DNA of 64,000 nucleotides from Albugo candida (Eukaryota): NCBI GenBank assembly GCA_040437565.1, contig JBDOQK010000026.1, positions 310,001 to 374,000 of the forward strand, read 5' to 3'. Shown piece by piece: positions 34,458 to 45,399 of this stretch (position 1 is its first letter; each line of letters starts with the position of its first letter). The notes under the pieces were generated by a model. It saw only the letters and a program-made list of their open reading frames with translations, ran no database searches and was not told where the DNA came from. The position numbers and the translations under genes were made by a program.

Positions 34458-37400
34458 CATGTCAAAAAGGATCAAGTTAAAGTGAATGAATAGAATGGTC
34501 GTTTCAAACGTTACTGCAAAGTTGAAGTCGACAGTTTTTTGGAAAGTTGATTGATTTCTTGGTTCATGCGACTCGAATTGTCTTCAATCCATCGAAGTGA
34601 ATTGTGGTGCACATTCAGAACCTTGATGATTTGTGTGATAGGATTGTCGTCGTCCATTGTCTCGCGTTGAGCTTGATTCATACTCTCGACCGTTCCCTTA
34701 AGTGTGTCAGTAAGTGTATTAAGCTGATCATCAATATCCACAGCCAGCTGTAAGGTCTGTTCTCGCTCGATATCAGCTGCAACGGGCATCTGATCTTGCG
34801 ATTCGTACATCTTTTCGACACTTTGCTCGAGTTCCTAAACATAAAGCCGTATAGTAGCATAAAAAGAGACGAATGGAACGAGAGGTCGATCGTACCGAAA
34901 GTGTTGAATTCAATTCGTTTTGATAAGCAAAAATAGTGTCCAAATTCACATCCAATTCTTTTTGCCCAACTTGAATACGTCGTACATCATTTGCGATATC
35001 TCCTAGCATTTTCTGCGATTCCATGAGCTCCATATCCCAATTGCACACTGCAGTTCAACCTGTAAATCAATACAATTCAAAAGCACCGAGTAAAAAAACT
35101 AACCTTTGACCGCTTCCTTTGTAAACGTGTCAGCATTCCGCTCTAATTGTTCGCTCCACATATTAATAATCTCCTACAGTGAGCGTGTTCATCACAAATT
35201 GCACTTGAAATCGCACACAGGAAATCTCACCTCAACCGTTCGACCGATAAACTTTGCAGGAATCGGTTTTGCTGATGAATCAGTACTTTGCGCAAACGTA
35301 GTTTCACCTTTACTCCCGATCTCACTGGCCGCACTAGAAGTTGGAGCTGGATTGGCGAATGAATAGCCAGCTGGACTTTTACCCTCAGTCGTTCCGCTGT
35401 TGAATGAAAAAGTAGAAGTGCTGGGTGTACTGGAAGTTGTTGTTGATTTACTGCCAAAAGCATTTGAGCTTGAAGTGGAGAGTGAAAAAGCCGGACCACT
35501 TGAAGTTGTACTTGTGCTTGGTGTCTTCTCTCCAAAAGAGAATCCTGTCGATGATGTTGCAGCTGGTGTTGTGGTTGCTGTTGTACTGTCTTGCTTTTGC
35601 TCTGTAAAGGTGCTACCAAATTTTAGTGGTTGAGTCGCGAATGAGAAGCCTCCAGACTTTATTTTATCATCCGTACTCGACGGTTTAAACAAAGAGTTCG
35701 TGTTACTGAATGAGAACGCTGAACTGCTGGTAGTTGCCGTATTGGAGTCAGCCGAATTTTCTGTCTTACTATTACCCTCAGCATTCGTCGGCTTGAAAGA
35801 GAAATCTGAACCACTAGGTGCGGATTTAAGACCCGAAGAGAAACTTCCTGCTGCATTTTTGTCGTTTGAGTTTGCAGCTGAGTCAGAGGTAGCGGTCGTA
35901 TTACCAAAAGAAAACCCCGAAGCGCTAGGAGCTGTAATGCCTTTAGAATCACCTGAAGCTGTAGTAGAGCTTCCAAAAACGTTTGGTGTTGTCGCACTTC
36001 CAATTTTTGAAATACCAGTATTTGAGCTAAATGAAAAGCTGGTCGGCTTGCTATCNNNNNNNNNNNNNNNNNNNNNNNNNNNNNNNNNNNNNNNNNNNNN
36101 NNNNNNNNNNNNNNNNNNNNNNNNNNNNNNNNNNNNNNNNNNNNNNNNNNNNNNNCATGTCAAAAAGGATCAAGTTAAAGTGAATGAATAGAATGGTCGT
36201 TTCAAACGTTACTGCAAAGTTGAAGTCGACAGTTTTTTGGAAAGTTGATTGATTTCTTGGTTCATGCGACTCGAATTGTCTTCAATCCATCGAAGTGAAT
36301 TGTGGTGCACATTCAGAACCTTGATGATTTGTGTGATAGGATTGTCGTCGTCCATTGTCTCGCGTTGAGCTTGATTCATACTCTCGACCGTTCCCTTAAG
36401 TGTGTCAGTAAGTGTATTAAGCTGATCATCAATATCCACAGCCAGCTGTAAGGTCTGTTCTCGCTCGATATCAGCTGCAACGGGCATCTGATCTTGCGAT
36501 TCGTACATCTTTTCGACACTTTGCTCGAGTTCCTAAACATAAAGCCGTATAGTAGCATAAAAAGAGACGAATGGAACGAGAGGTCGATCGTACCGAAAGT
36601 GTTGAATTCAATTCGTTTTGATAAGCAAAAATAGTGTCCAAATTCACATCCAATTCTTTTTGCCCAACTTGAATACGTCGTACATCATTTGCGATATCTC
36701 CTAGCATTTTCTGCGATTCCATGAGCTCCATATCCCAATTGCACACTGCAGTTCAACCTGTAAATCAATACAATTCAAAAGCACCGAGTAAAAAAACTAA
36801 CCTTTGACCGCTTCCTTTGTAAACGTGTCAGCATTCCGCTCTAATTGTTCGCTCCACATATTAATAATCTCCTACAGTGAGCGTGTTCATCACAAATTGC
36901 ACTTGAAATCGCACACAGGAAATCTCACCTCAACCGTTCGACCGATAAACTTTGCAGGAATCGGTTTTGCTGATGAATCAGTACTTTGCGCAAACGTAGT
37001 TTCACCTTTACTCCCGATCTCACTGGCCGCACTAGAAGTTGGAGCTGGATTGGCGAATGAATAGCCAGCTGGACTTTTACCCTCAGTCGTTCCGCTGTTG
37101 AATGAAAAAGTAGAAGTGCTGGGTGTACTGGAAGTTGTTGTTGATTTACTGCCAAAAGCATTTGAGCTTGAAGTGGAGAGTGAAAAAGCCGGACCACTTG
37201 AAGTTGTACTTGTGCTTGGTGTCTTCTCTCCAAAAGAGAATCCTGTCGATGATGTTGCAGCTGGTGTTGTGGTTGCTGTTGTACTGTCTTGCTTTTGCTC
37301 TGTAAAGGTGCTACCAAATTTTAGTGGTTGAGTCGCGAATGAGAAGCCTCCAGACTTTATTTTATCATCCGTACTCGACGGTTTAAACAAAGAGTTCGTG

Positions 37401-37753
37401 TTACTGAATGAGAACGCTGAACTGCTGGTAGTTGCCGTATTGGAGTCAGCCGAATTTTCTGTCTTACTATTACCCTCAGCATTCGTCGGCTTGAAAGAGA
37501 AATCTGAACCACTAGGTGCGGATTTAAGACCCGAAGAGAAACTTCCTGCTGCATTTTTGTCGTTTGAGTTTGCAGCTGAGTCAGAGGTAGCGGTCGTATT
37601 ACCAAAAGAAAACCCCGAAGCGCTAGGAGCTGTAATGCCTTTAGAATCACCTGAAGCTGTAGTAGAGCTTCCAAAAACGTTTGGTGTTGTCGCACTTCCA
37701 ATTTTTGAAATACCAGTATTTGAGCTAAATGAAAAGCTGGTCGGCTTGCTATC
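34458..37753. other. Assembly artefact: 34458-36055 repeated as 36156-37753 across a 100-N gap
   Basis: The copies look identical (offset 1698), producing a false second partial Nup62. Confidence 0.9.
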
Positions 37754-38095
37754 TAGTGGCTGGAAACCACTCAGAAACCCTTTATTTTGATCAGTACCAT
37801 TTGTGGCCAACGTCGAAGGATTCGTTTCCTTCGCTTCTTGCCCTGTAAAGCTAAATCCTGTTCCAGTCGATAAATTGTTTTTAATCATTGTGTTCCCAAA
37901 TGAGAATCCCGATGCGTTCCCATCGGTTCCTGTTGTGCCAGTATTTGTGGGGTTCGGAGGCGATTTGAAAGTTGAACTCGTTGTACTTTGGGTATTTTCA
38001 GTAGAAGGATTCAATCCAGCTGACGTCCCAGTTCCAAAGTTGAATGATCCGGAAGCTTTATTCTCATTCGGGTTGCCAAAGTGGAAGCCCGACAT
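36209..38095 (-). CDS. NUP62: FG-nucleoporin Nup62/Nsp1; three short introns in the 3' part
   Basis: Many FSF/FG repeats followed by Nsp1_C: TVE|EIINMWSEQL...F..EA.KV.NWD..L...Q..LD..L..I...Q.EL...ERE.T..LA...I.K.LN.H..SL.WI. Confidence 0.92.
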
Positions 38096-38271
38096 TTTGA
38101 TACTCGAGTTTTAACAGGGTCTACTATTTAGTTGTGAGTACAAGCAATAAATACGGTAGTAATACAAATCAGCAGATGATAGGCGAGATCGCTACTACAA
38201 GCACCATGATGTTTACAATAGTCACTGTATAGTGCGCTTTGTATGAAAAGAGCGTTTATTATTTGCAGCTA

Positions 38272-39787
38272 CTAGTCTCTCAAGAAATAATCAAACAGGT
38301 CACTTAAAGAGAGAATTCCAACACATCGCGCGAATTCGTCTACACAGACAAGACGATGCGCTTTTACTGCTGCGAATCGCTCAAATATCATATGAAGTGT
38401 ATCAGTCTTGTAACATAAATGAAGTCCTTCATTACCAACGTTTCCCTACATTTCGAATGTACCAGTGACTGCGTATAGTAAACAGCTCAATACACGTCCC
38501 ACCTCGGCAGCTTGAACACGAAGAACCTCTCCTACGGGCATATCTAACTGAGCCAACGATCGATCTTTAACGAGTTCCTATGTTTTGACTGCGTGAAAAT
38601 GCGGACGCCTTAACTCGGGTCAACATGCACGTACCGTTACATTCGATACACAATATATATTTACAACCACTCCTGCACAAGAAGAAATCCATTGAGCCAA
38701 TCAAAACGAGTTGAAGATGAAGAAGCGTACCATTGACATTTATTATGGGAATAGCGGATACTCTTCGTTCGATAAGTGTGTGCAAAATCATGATCAACGG
38801 GAGCTGCTCTGGCGCCGTGATAATATTTTCGTACGTTCCAATTCTAAGATCATAAACTGGCTGGTCGAATAGCCGCCGTTGTTCCCGAAAACTGGACACT
38901 AAGTATTGCAAAATGCCACTATGCGTCAATATGGACAAGACGGAATTTTGAACTGGATCCACTATTGGTATTCTATGCAGTCTATGCTCACGAAGAATTT
39001 TGCAGGAATCGTACAAAGAGTCTTCTGGTGTAACGGAAATCAAACCATTCTGATGTTTCGCATTCGAAATGGATCGAGGAAGTGCTACATTCTCAAAATC
39101 GAGTTGGAAAGATGAGTATTCGACTCAGAAATTTTCGAAATGGATTTGCGTACCACGCCACGATGCGATACTGTGTTCTGCTAACTCGGTCATAGGCGAC
39201 CCTCGGATGTAGAAATGACGAAGGATACTGACAAAATCGGTGGCTGTAAACATTCCAACAAATGTACCAAGATCTGCGTCCCATATAGGGACCGACTTTA
39301 TGTCTGCGTATACATTTTCAGAGTATAAGGCGTGATTTAACTGAATACACGCACCATGCTCCACCAAAGCAAAAAACGCCAAGTTGATGGGAATTTTGAC
39401 ATCAAAGACAACGACCTAGAAAGTATCTTGTCGTAAAACATGCTGTATGTTGATACTTACAAAGAGTTGAGGTACCTTGCTGCTATTTTTGATCAGATTG
39501 TAGCACGCATTATTTCGAAGAAAGTTTTGTATCACACGTTTGGCTTCTTGTACAACGTCAAATGCATTTATACATGATAGATCTAGACCAGAATGAAAAG
39601 CGCTACTCTGTTGATGCGTTTGCACAGAGCTACTCGTACGATCTTCTGGAGAATGCGAATTGTAAGAATGCTGCGTGATCTGAACTTGTGCATCTCCATT
39701 CGTATTATTCATCTGGGTAGACTCTAATTCATGCGCACCGTTGTATTCTATTTGCAGCTTTTCTGACGAGTTTTCGTCATTCGACAT
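38272..39787 (-). CDS. SNF4: AMP-activated/SNF1 kinase gamma subunit (four CBS motifs); multi-exon; start uncertain
   Basis: FLRNNACYNLI..SSK|VVVFDVKIPINLAFFALVEH, SVPIWD....FVGMFTATDF..IL, HRLHRIPIVD, ILTHSGIL.YL, IGTYENI, GILSLSDLFDYFL. Confidence 0.9.
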
Positions 39788-41206
39788 TCCTTCTTGCAAG
39801 GATTTTGTGGATGGAATTTTTGCAGGAATGCAGCACTATTTCGTTAATAGCCTTGGTGTTAAAGTACGATTGAGTGGGTCCTTTAATGAAATTTCGCTGT
39901 TTATGATAGATTTGTGCCCAACGTGAAGGCTTCTTTTGTCAGGATAGCAACACAAGCACCGATTTGTATATTTTGGTGATACAAAGTAAGTTTTTTTGGA
40001 CAATGAGTATCCCGAATAAAAGGCTACTGGTAATATCCCAAGATAAACCGGAGAATACGGTCCGTGTAGTTTTAGAATAAGTGAAATGTGTCGAGTGATA
40101 TGTTTAACAGCCGACCTGTTACCAAGTGTAGAGTATATAAAAAAGGCGCCAAGGTATTATAGAATATCTCAATGCCCACTTGATTATGAGCTCGCTAATA
40201 ATGTGAATAGTGTAGATTTTACTTTAGACTATCGATCCAAATCTTAAACTGACTCCGTACAATCGAATTGAAAAATTCTACTTTGCAGGATCGTAAGCGT
40301 CAATATATTCAGCATTACTCGAGTTTCATGCTGGTTTACACGGCATTTCTGATCAAAAATTCTCGAAGAGTTTCAAAAGCTTGTGTGTCTGCATGGGCGG
40401 AGTCGATCAACCGCGCTATTTCTCAGATATAATCGAGTTGATTAAGGATGTGTGGCATTCTGGCATCACTCAATAAGCTCATAACATCATAGGACACAAT
40501 ATCGATAATTTTGCATTGCTCATTTTATATAAATAGAAGCGATTCAATAGTCTCGAGTCTCAACATTGTCTACTTTATAATCCATCAATCCAATTATAAT
40601 AAGTACTCATCATCCTGGATCACATCCACTCCTACACATCGAACTTACCGTAAATGTACTGTCTTCTTTAAGTACGATCGTGTTGACACAGAATACTTGA
40701 AAAATTTGGAGAGCGGAGATAATATTTCCGTTTAATTGATCCTGGATCACATCACTTCAGAATGCTTCATCAATAAAAAATTCAGCAAAAGATCGACGAG
40801 CTAGGAAGATGGGTTCGTATTGCATTCATCGATTTTCGCAATCTAATATTTTACCTTTTTTGATTTTATTACAATTATGTACAGAATACTATTCTCAAAC
40901 TATGATTGTAGACGCTTGATCTTTTTGGAATATCATATCTGAGCCTAAAAATATCGAAAGTAAAGCTGGGNNNNNNNNNNNNNNNNNNNNNNNNNNNNNN
41001 NNNNNNNNNNNNNNNNNNNNNNNNNNNNNNNNNNNNNNNNNNNNNNNNNNNNNNNNNNNNNNNNNNNNNNGAAAGTAAAGCTGGGGTGATTGCGATCATG
41101 AACTTGAACGCGAAGATCGAAAATGCTCATGGTAAACCACTTCGTACATAACATAATCAAAATCGCAAAAATACTCAACTTCATCGTATATTTTTCTTCC
41201 TCCGTG

Positions 41207-41692
41207 ATGACAGAACACAACAATTACTGTATGAGCTCCGCAAATCGAAATAGTGCCTCTTTTTCGCATCAAGTGTCGCCAGAAATGCATGCAGCATTGA
41301 CAAATTCGCCGTACGCAGATCCCTCTTTTGATATTAATGATCCCACTGGCCGTAATCGCAATCGTGGCAATTACCGATGTAGCAAGGTATCTTTGTAGTT
41401 CTATTTTGCCGAATCACCATGACTTATGCGTATTGTGCTCCAGTGCGGGGAACCCAAAAAGGGTCACGTTTGCTCTGTCGTATTATCCAATTATAAATGT
41501 ACCCGTTGTCGGCTTCCAAAGAAGTCATGTACGTGCTCTGCCCCTCAGACAAGAAGTATTGCGGTTCAAGCTGAACTGGATGACGATATGACCACACGTC
41601 AACTCGATCTCAGTATTCAAGGCTACCATGATTCGACAGGAAGCTTCAGTACATTCAATCAAGATGTTCCATTAAGTAATCAAGTCTCGTGA
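41207..41692 (+). CDS. Small protein with tandem Cys/His zinc-knuckle motifs; intron 41387-41443
   Basis: Splicing gives GNYRCSK|CGEPKKGHVC...NYKCTRCRLPKKSCTC. The start codon is uncertain. Confidence 0.75.
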
Positions 41693-41765
41693 TATCACAG
41701 TATACAGTATACAATCAGTATACAATCTGTAAACAGTTTTGAAATCAACTTTTTAATAATTAAAA

Positions 41766-42604
41766 TCAAGAATTGTTTTCAGCTTTGATTGCCAATAATG
41801 CGCTCAGCATCTTGTGAGTTCGCATCGAGAATTTGTATCCTTTGAGCTGAACCGCTGTGACTTGTGCACGTAATGGGTTGGATTTGCATACTTCGCTTAA
41901 ATAGAGCAGGGCAAGACACCCATGTTCTTGAAAGCAGTTAAGCAGTACATTACTGAAACACAGCGTCAGACGAGCTAACACGCTTTTCATCGTCAGCGTC
42001 ATTTGCATAAAGTACGTCTGCACAAACTGTATCTCGAGATCTGTACAGACAACGCGGTTAAGGAACACCAGCTGCGAGAAAAATGCGGATTATGAAAATA
42101 GAAAACATTATAGGATATTTGTATGCAATTTGCATGTGAAGTAGAAGCTGCACAGCAAACATTTACTATACCACTCCAAACGACATTGTGAATGTACCTC
42201 TGACACTTGATCCGCAATCAACATTAGCTTGCGAAGTATACCATCGATGCTGATCTTCAGCTCTGTAGAAAGCAGCTTCCACGACAAATGGTGAGCCTCC
42301 GACTTCATCTCGAAGTGAGACAAGACAGTTTTGACTTCCTTGAATGCATTCTGAATAGAACCAATATCTATATCACGCAAACATCGCTTCACCTGTAAAG
42401 AATAAGCTATCGTATACTCATGTGGAAAAGGTGGGAACCACAGACCTGCATCAGTTTTCTAAAGTACGGAGATCGACGATGCTGGCTATGGTTCTTGTAC
42501 ATGAGTCTTGAGAAAATATAAATCTCATCATTCAGAATGTTCGTCACATTATCAATTCCGTCAACATTGTGCGCCAATTTACTTCGGGCTGCTGTTGACG
42601 CCAT
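41766..42604 (-). CDS. NEPRO/RMP1-like (RNase MRP-associated) protein; three exons
   Basis: L.DEIYIFSRLMYKNHSQHRRSPYFRKLMQ|VKRCLR and YFMQMTL...SVLARL match the Nepro N-terminal pattern. Confidence 0.7.
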
Positions 42605-42713
42605 TGGAAAAATATACCAGATTGTGGCCAATTGATTGGTAGAAAAAGTCACATGCATTTATTATATGTTTCATAATCGATAAATAAGTGTTGACACGCC
42701 TTGCTGTAAGGCT

Positions 42714-43745
42714 CTATAAGTGCCTAGCGCGTTTCCATGGGCCACAAGCTAGCTCGGAATTGCATTCATCTACTATTGCACGCTTTTCTTCCCAATAATC
42801 AGCACATGAATCGTTCTTAACACGCTCAAGAGTCCGTTTTGGATTTCGAGTGCGAAGACTGGGCACAGTGTCCAAGAACGCTTGACTGGGATGTTTAGGA
42901 AATTCCAGATCGTAAAAGATTCCTCCTTGAAGCATACGCTGTACCTAAGTACAACTCCATCAAAAGAATTGATCTATAACCAACAGAGTGTGCAATTAAC
43001 CTGATCGCAAAAACTCTGAGGATCTTGTTTCAATTGCTCGGAAGCTTGCTTGTTCAGAATAGTGTCTATTCCAGGCTCAATGAAGATGAGCTAGATACAC
43101 CTGTGAGTAAAACACTGATTTCTTTATCGTGAATAGCGTACTTGAAGGGCCAATAAGACGGTATTTATGGTCAACACTGGACGCCAATCCTTTCCAAGAA
43201 TAGAGATCATAACTTTGCCTGTGACGACGTCGATATTTGGATGCCAAACTCTAGAATACCATAACAATGTCAAAAGTACTCCATTCGATAAGGCTGAGAT
43301 AATACCTGGTTAAGCTCGTGACACTGGGCGCTAGTAGGAATGAAGTATGTTAGCATCGTGTCATTACGTTTGGATCCAACTGCAGTGACTTACGAGAGAA
43401 TGGATACGTCTTTGGAATTTCGATATAAAATGTGAAGTTTCCATTTTTGTACGGTCCGTCATCGTCGAGAATTCTTATTCTAACCAACAGATGAAGCATA
43501 TTTTCTATCCCATCCGGAAAGTCAATACGGGTTTGCGCGTGCTGACATGAGAACTTGGATTTCGCAAGCTATAAGAGAGTATATAAATGAGTATTATAGT
43601 TACGGGTAAGTTATCGACGTACTTCACTTATATCCTTACGAACTCGTAAGGACGTCAAGTCTGTTTGTGTATGATTCATCATCAGCGAGTGACTTGGTCC
43701 TTGTCGATGAGATACCGGTACATAGTTCCCGCTACTAGCCTCCAT
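42714..43745 (-). CDS. Ubc12/UBE2M-like E2 fold protein lacking the catalytic Cys; six exons, 250 aa
   Basis: Exons 43745-43623, 43568-43394, 43330-43306, 43250-43142, 43090-43001, 42944-42714 give LRVRKDISEL...GPYKNGNFTF.....YPFSPPSV..LTRVWHPNIDVVTGKVMISILGKDWRPVLTINTV...LQLIFIEP....LNK.A...L......F..QVQR.LQGG. Confidence 0.88.
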
Positions 43746-44662
43746 CAGTTGATACCCTGTGATAATATTTGTGNNNNNNNNNNNNNNNNNNNNNNNNNNN
43801 NNNNNNNNNNNNNNNNNNNNNNNNNNNNNNNNNNNNNNNNNNNNNNNNNNNNNNNNNNNNNNNNNNNNNNNNNAGAGTGTGCAATTAACCTGATCGCAAA
43901 AACTCTGAGGATCTTGTTTCAATTGCTCGGAAGCTTGCTTGTTCAGAATAGTGTCTATTCCAGGCTCAATGAAGATGAGCTAGATACACCTGTGAGTAAA
44001 ACACTGATTTCTTTATCGTGAATAGCGTACTTGAAGGGCCAATAAGACGGTATTTATGGTCAACACTGGACGCCAATCCTTTCCAAGAATAGAGATCATA
44101 ACTTTGCCTGTGACGACGTCGATATTTGGATGCCAAACTCTAGAATACCATAACAATGTCAAAAGTACTCCATTCGATAAGGCTGAGATAATACCTGGTT
44201 AAGCTCGTGACACTGGGCGCTAGTAGGAATGAAGTATGTTAGCATCGTGTCATTACGTTTGGATCCAACTGCAGTGACTTACGAGAGAATGGATACGTCT
44301 TTGGAATTTCGATATAAAATGTGAAGTTTCCATTTTTGTACGGTCCGTCATCGTCGAGAATTCTTATTCTAACCAACAGATGAAGCATATTTTCTATCCC
44401 ATCCGGAAAGTCAATACGGGTTTGCGCGTGCTGACATGAGAACTTGGATTTCGCAAGCTATAAGAGAGTATATAAATGAGTATTATAGTTACGGGTAAGT
44501 TATCGACGTACTTCACTTATATCCTTACGAACTCGTAAGGACGTCAAGTCTGTTTGTGTATGATTCATCATCAGCGAGTGACTTGGTCCTTGTCGATGAG
44601 ATACCGGTACATAGTTCCCGCTACTAGCCTCCATCAGTTGATACCCTGTGATAATATTTGTG
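42985..44662. other. Assembly artefact: 42985-43773 repeated as 43874-44662 across a 100-N gap
   Basis: The copies look identical (offset 889). Confidence 0.88.
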
Positions 44663-44855
44663 TCTCGGCGATGATGTAGACAAAATGCAAATCGGCAACT
44701 AACTAACGAGTTATGCAAGTACCTTTTGTCAAATTAACACATTAACATTGAAAATGGATTTGATTATTGACTTCTTTTGCATATAAAACCAAAGCGGGCT
44801 CCGATAATAACAAAAACTCTATGTATCAAGTCGTTCCATTTTCGACTGTTAGGCT

Positions 44856-45291
44856 TTACAACGATCCGTGATCGTTGTATAGTTGACCACATATGTTATT
44901 GATATCTTCGATGTTGAGATTGCCGACAAAGCTGTCGATCGCCTACGCAAATTGTCAATCGGACAGCATTACTATGGTATTGCCTGGACATCTACCTTCT
45001 TTGTGTTTCGGCAAGCTTCCTTTGCTTCCTGTACGGTGAAATAAGTTTGGAAATATCCTTCCAAGGCTTTCTCAAAAGTATTATATTCCTTCAGAACTGG
45101 TAGCTCAGTACTCCCTTTCACTTCTTCAATCATTGCACACTTGGGTTTCTACTATAAAAGACTATGCGATAAAATGCACAAAAATGCAAGTAAAGCACAC
45201 AAACCGTGTCTTTCCATTGTACACGACAGTAATTTCGTCTGCGTACAACTGGAAATTGAGCCAATAATCTCTGAAACTCCGCTTCGTCCAT
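44856..45291 (-). CDS. Small three-exon hypothetical protein (about 108 aa) absent from the ORF track
   Basis: MDEAEFQRLLAQFPVVRRRNYCRVQWKDT|KPKCAMIEE...EAKEACRNTKK|AIDSFVGNLNIEDINNICGQLYNDHGSL*, with two phase-0 GT-AG introns. Confidence 0.75.
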
Positions 45292-45399
45292 GTGAAAATT
45301 GATCCTAACGGTTATGCATGCTCGAGTCCATGTTACGTAACCATTTTAATACATTTCATCATACTATTTTCGATCTGCACACTATATCAAAATGTTACA

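Noticed and set aside
34511-36055. Tandem Nup62 paralogue
   Set aside because: Apparently identical copy abutting a 100-N gap; assembly artefact.
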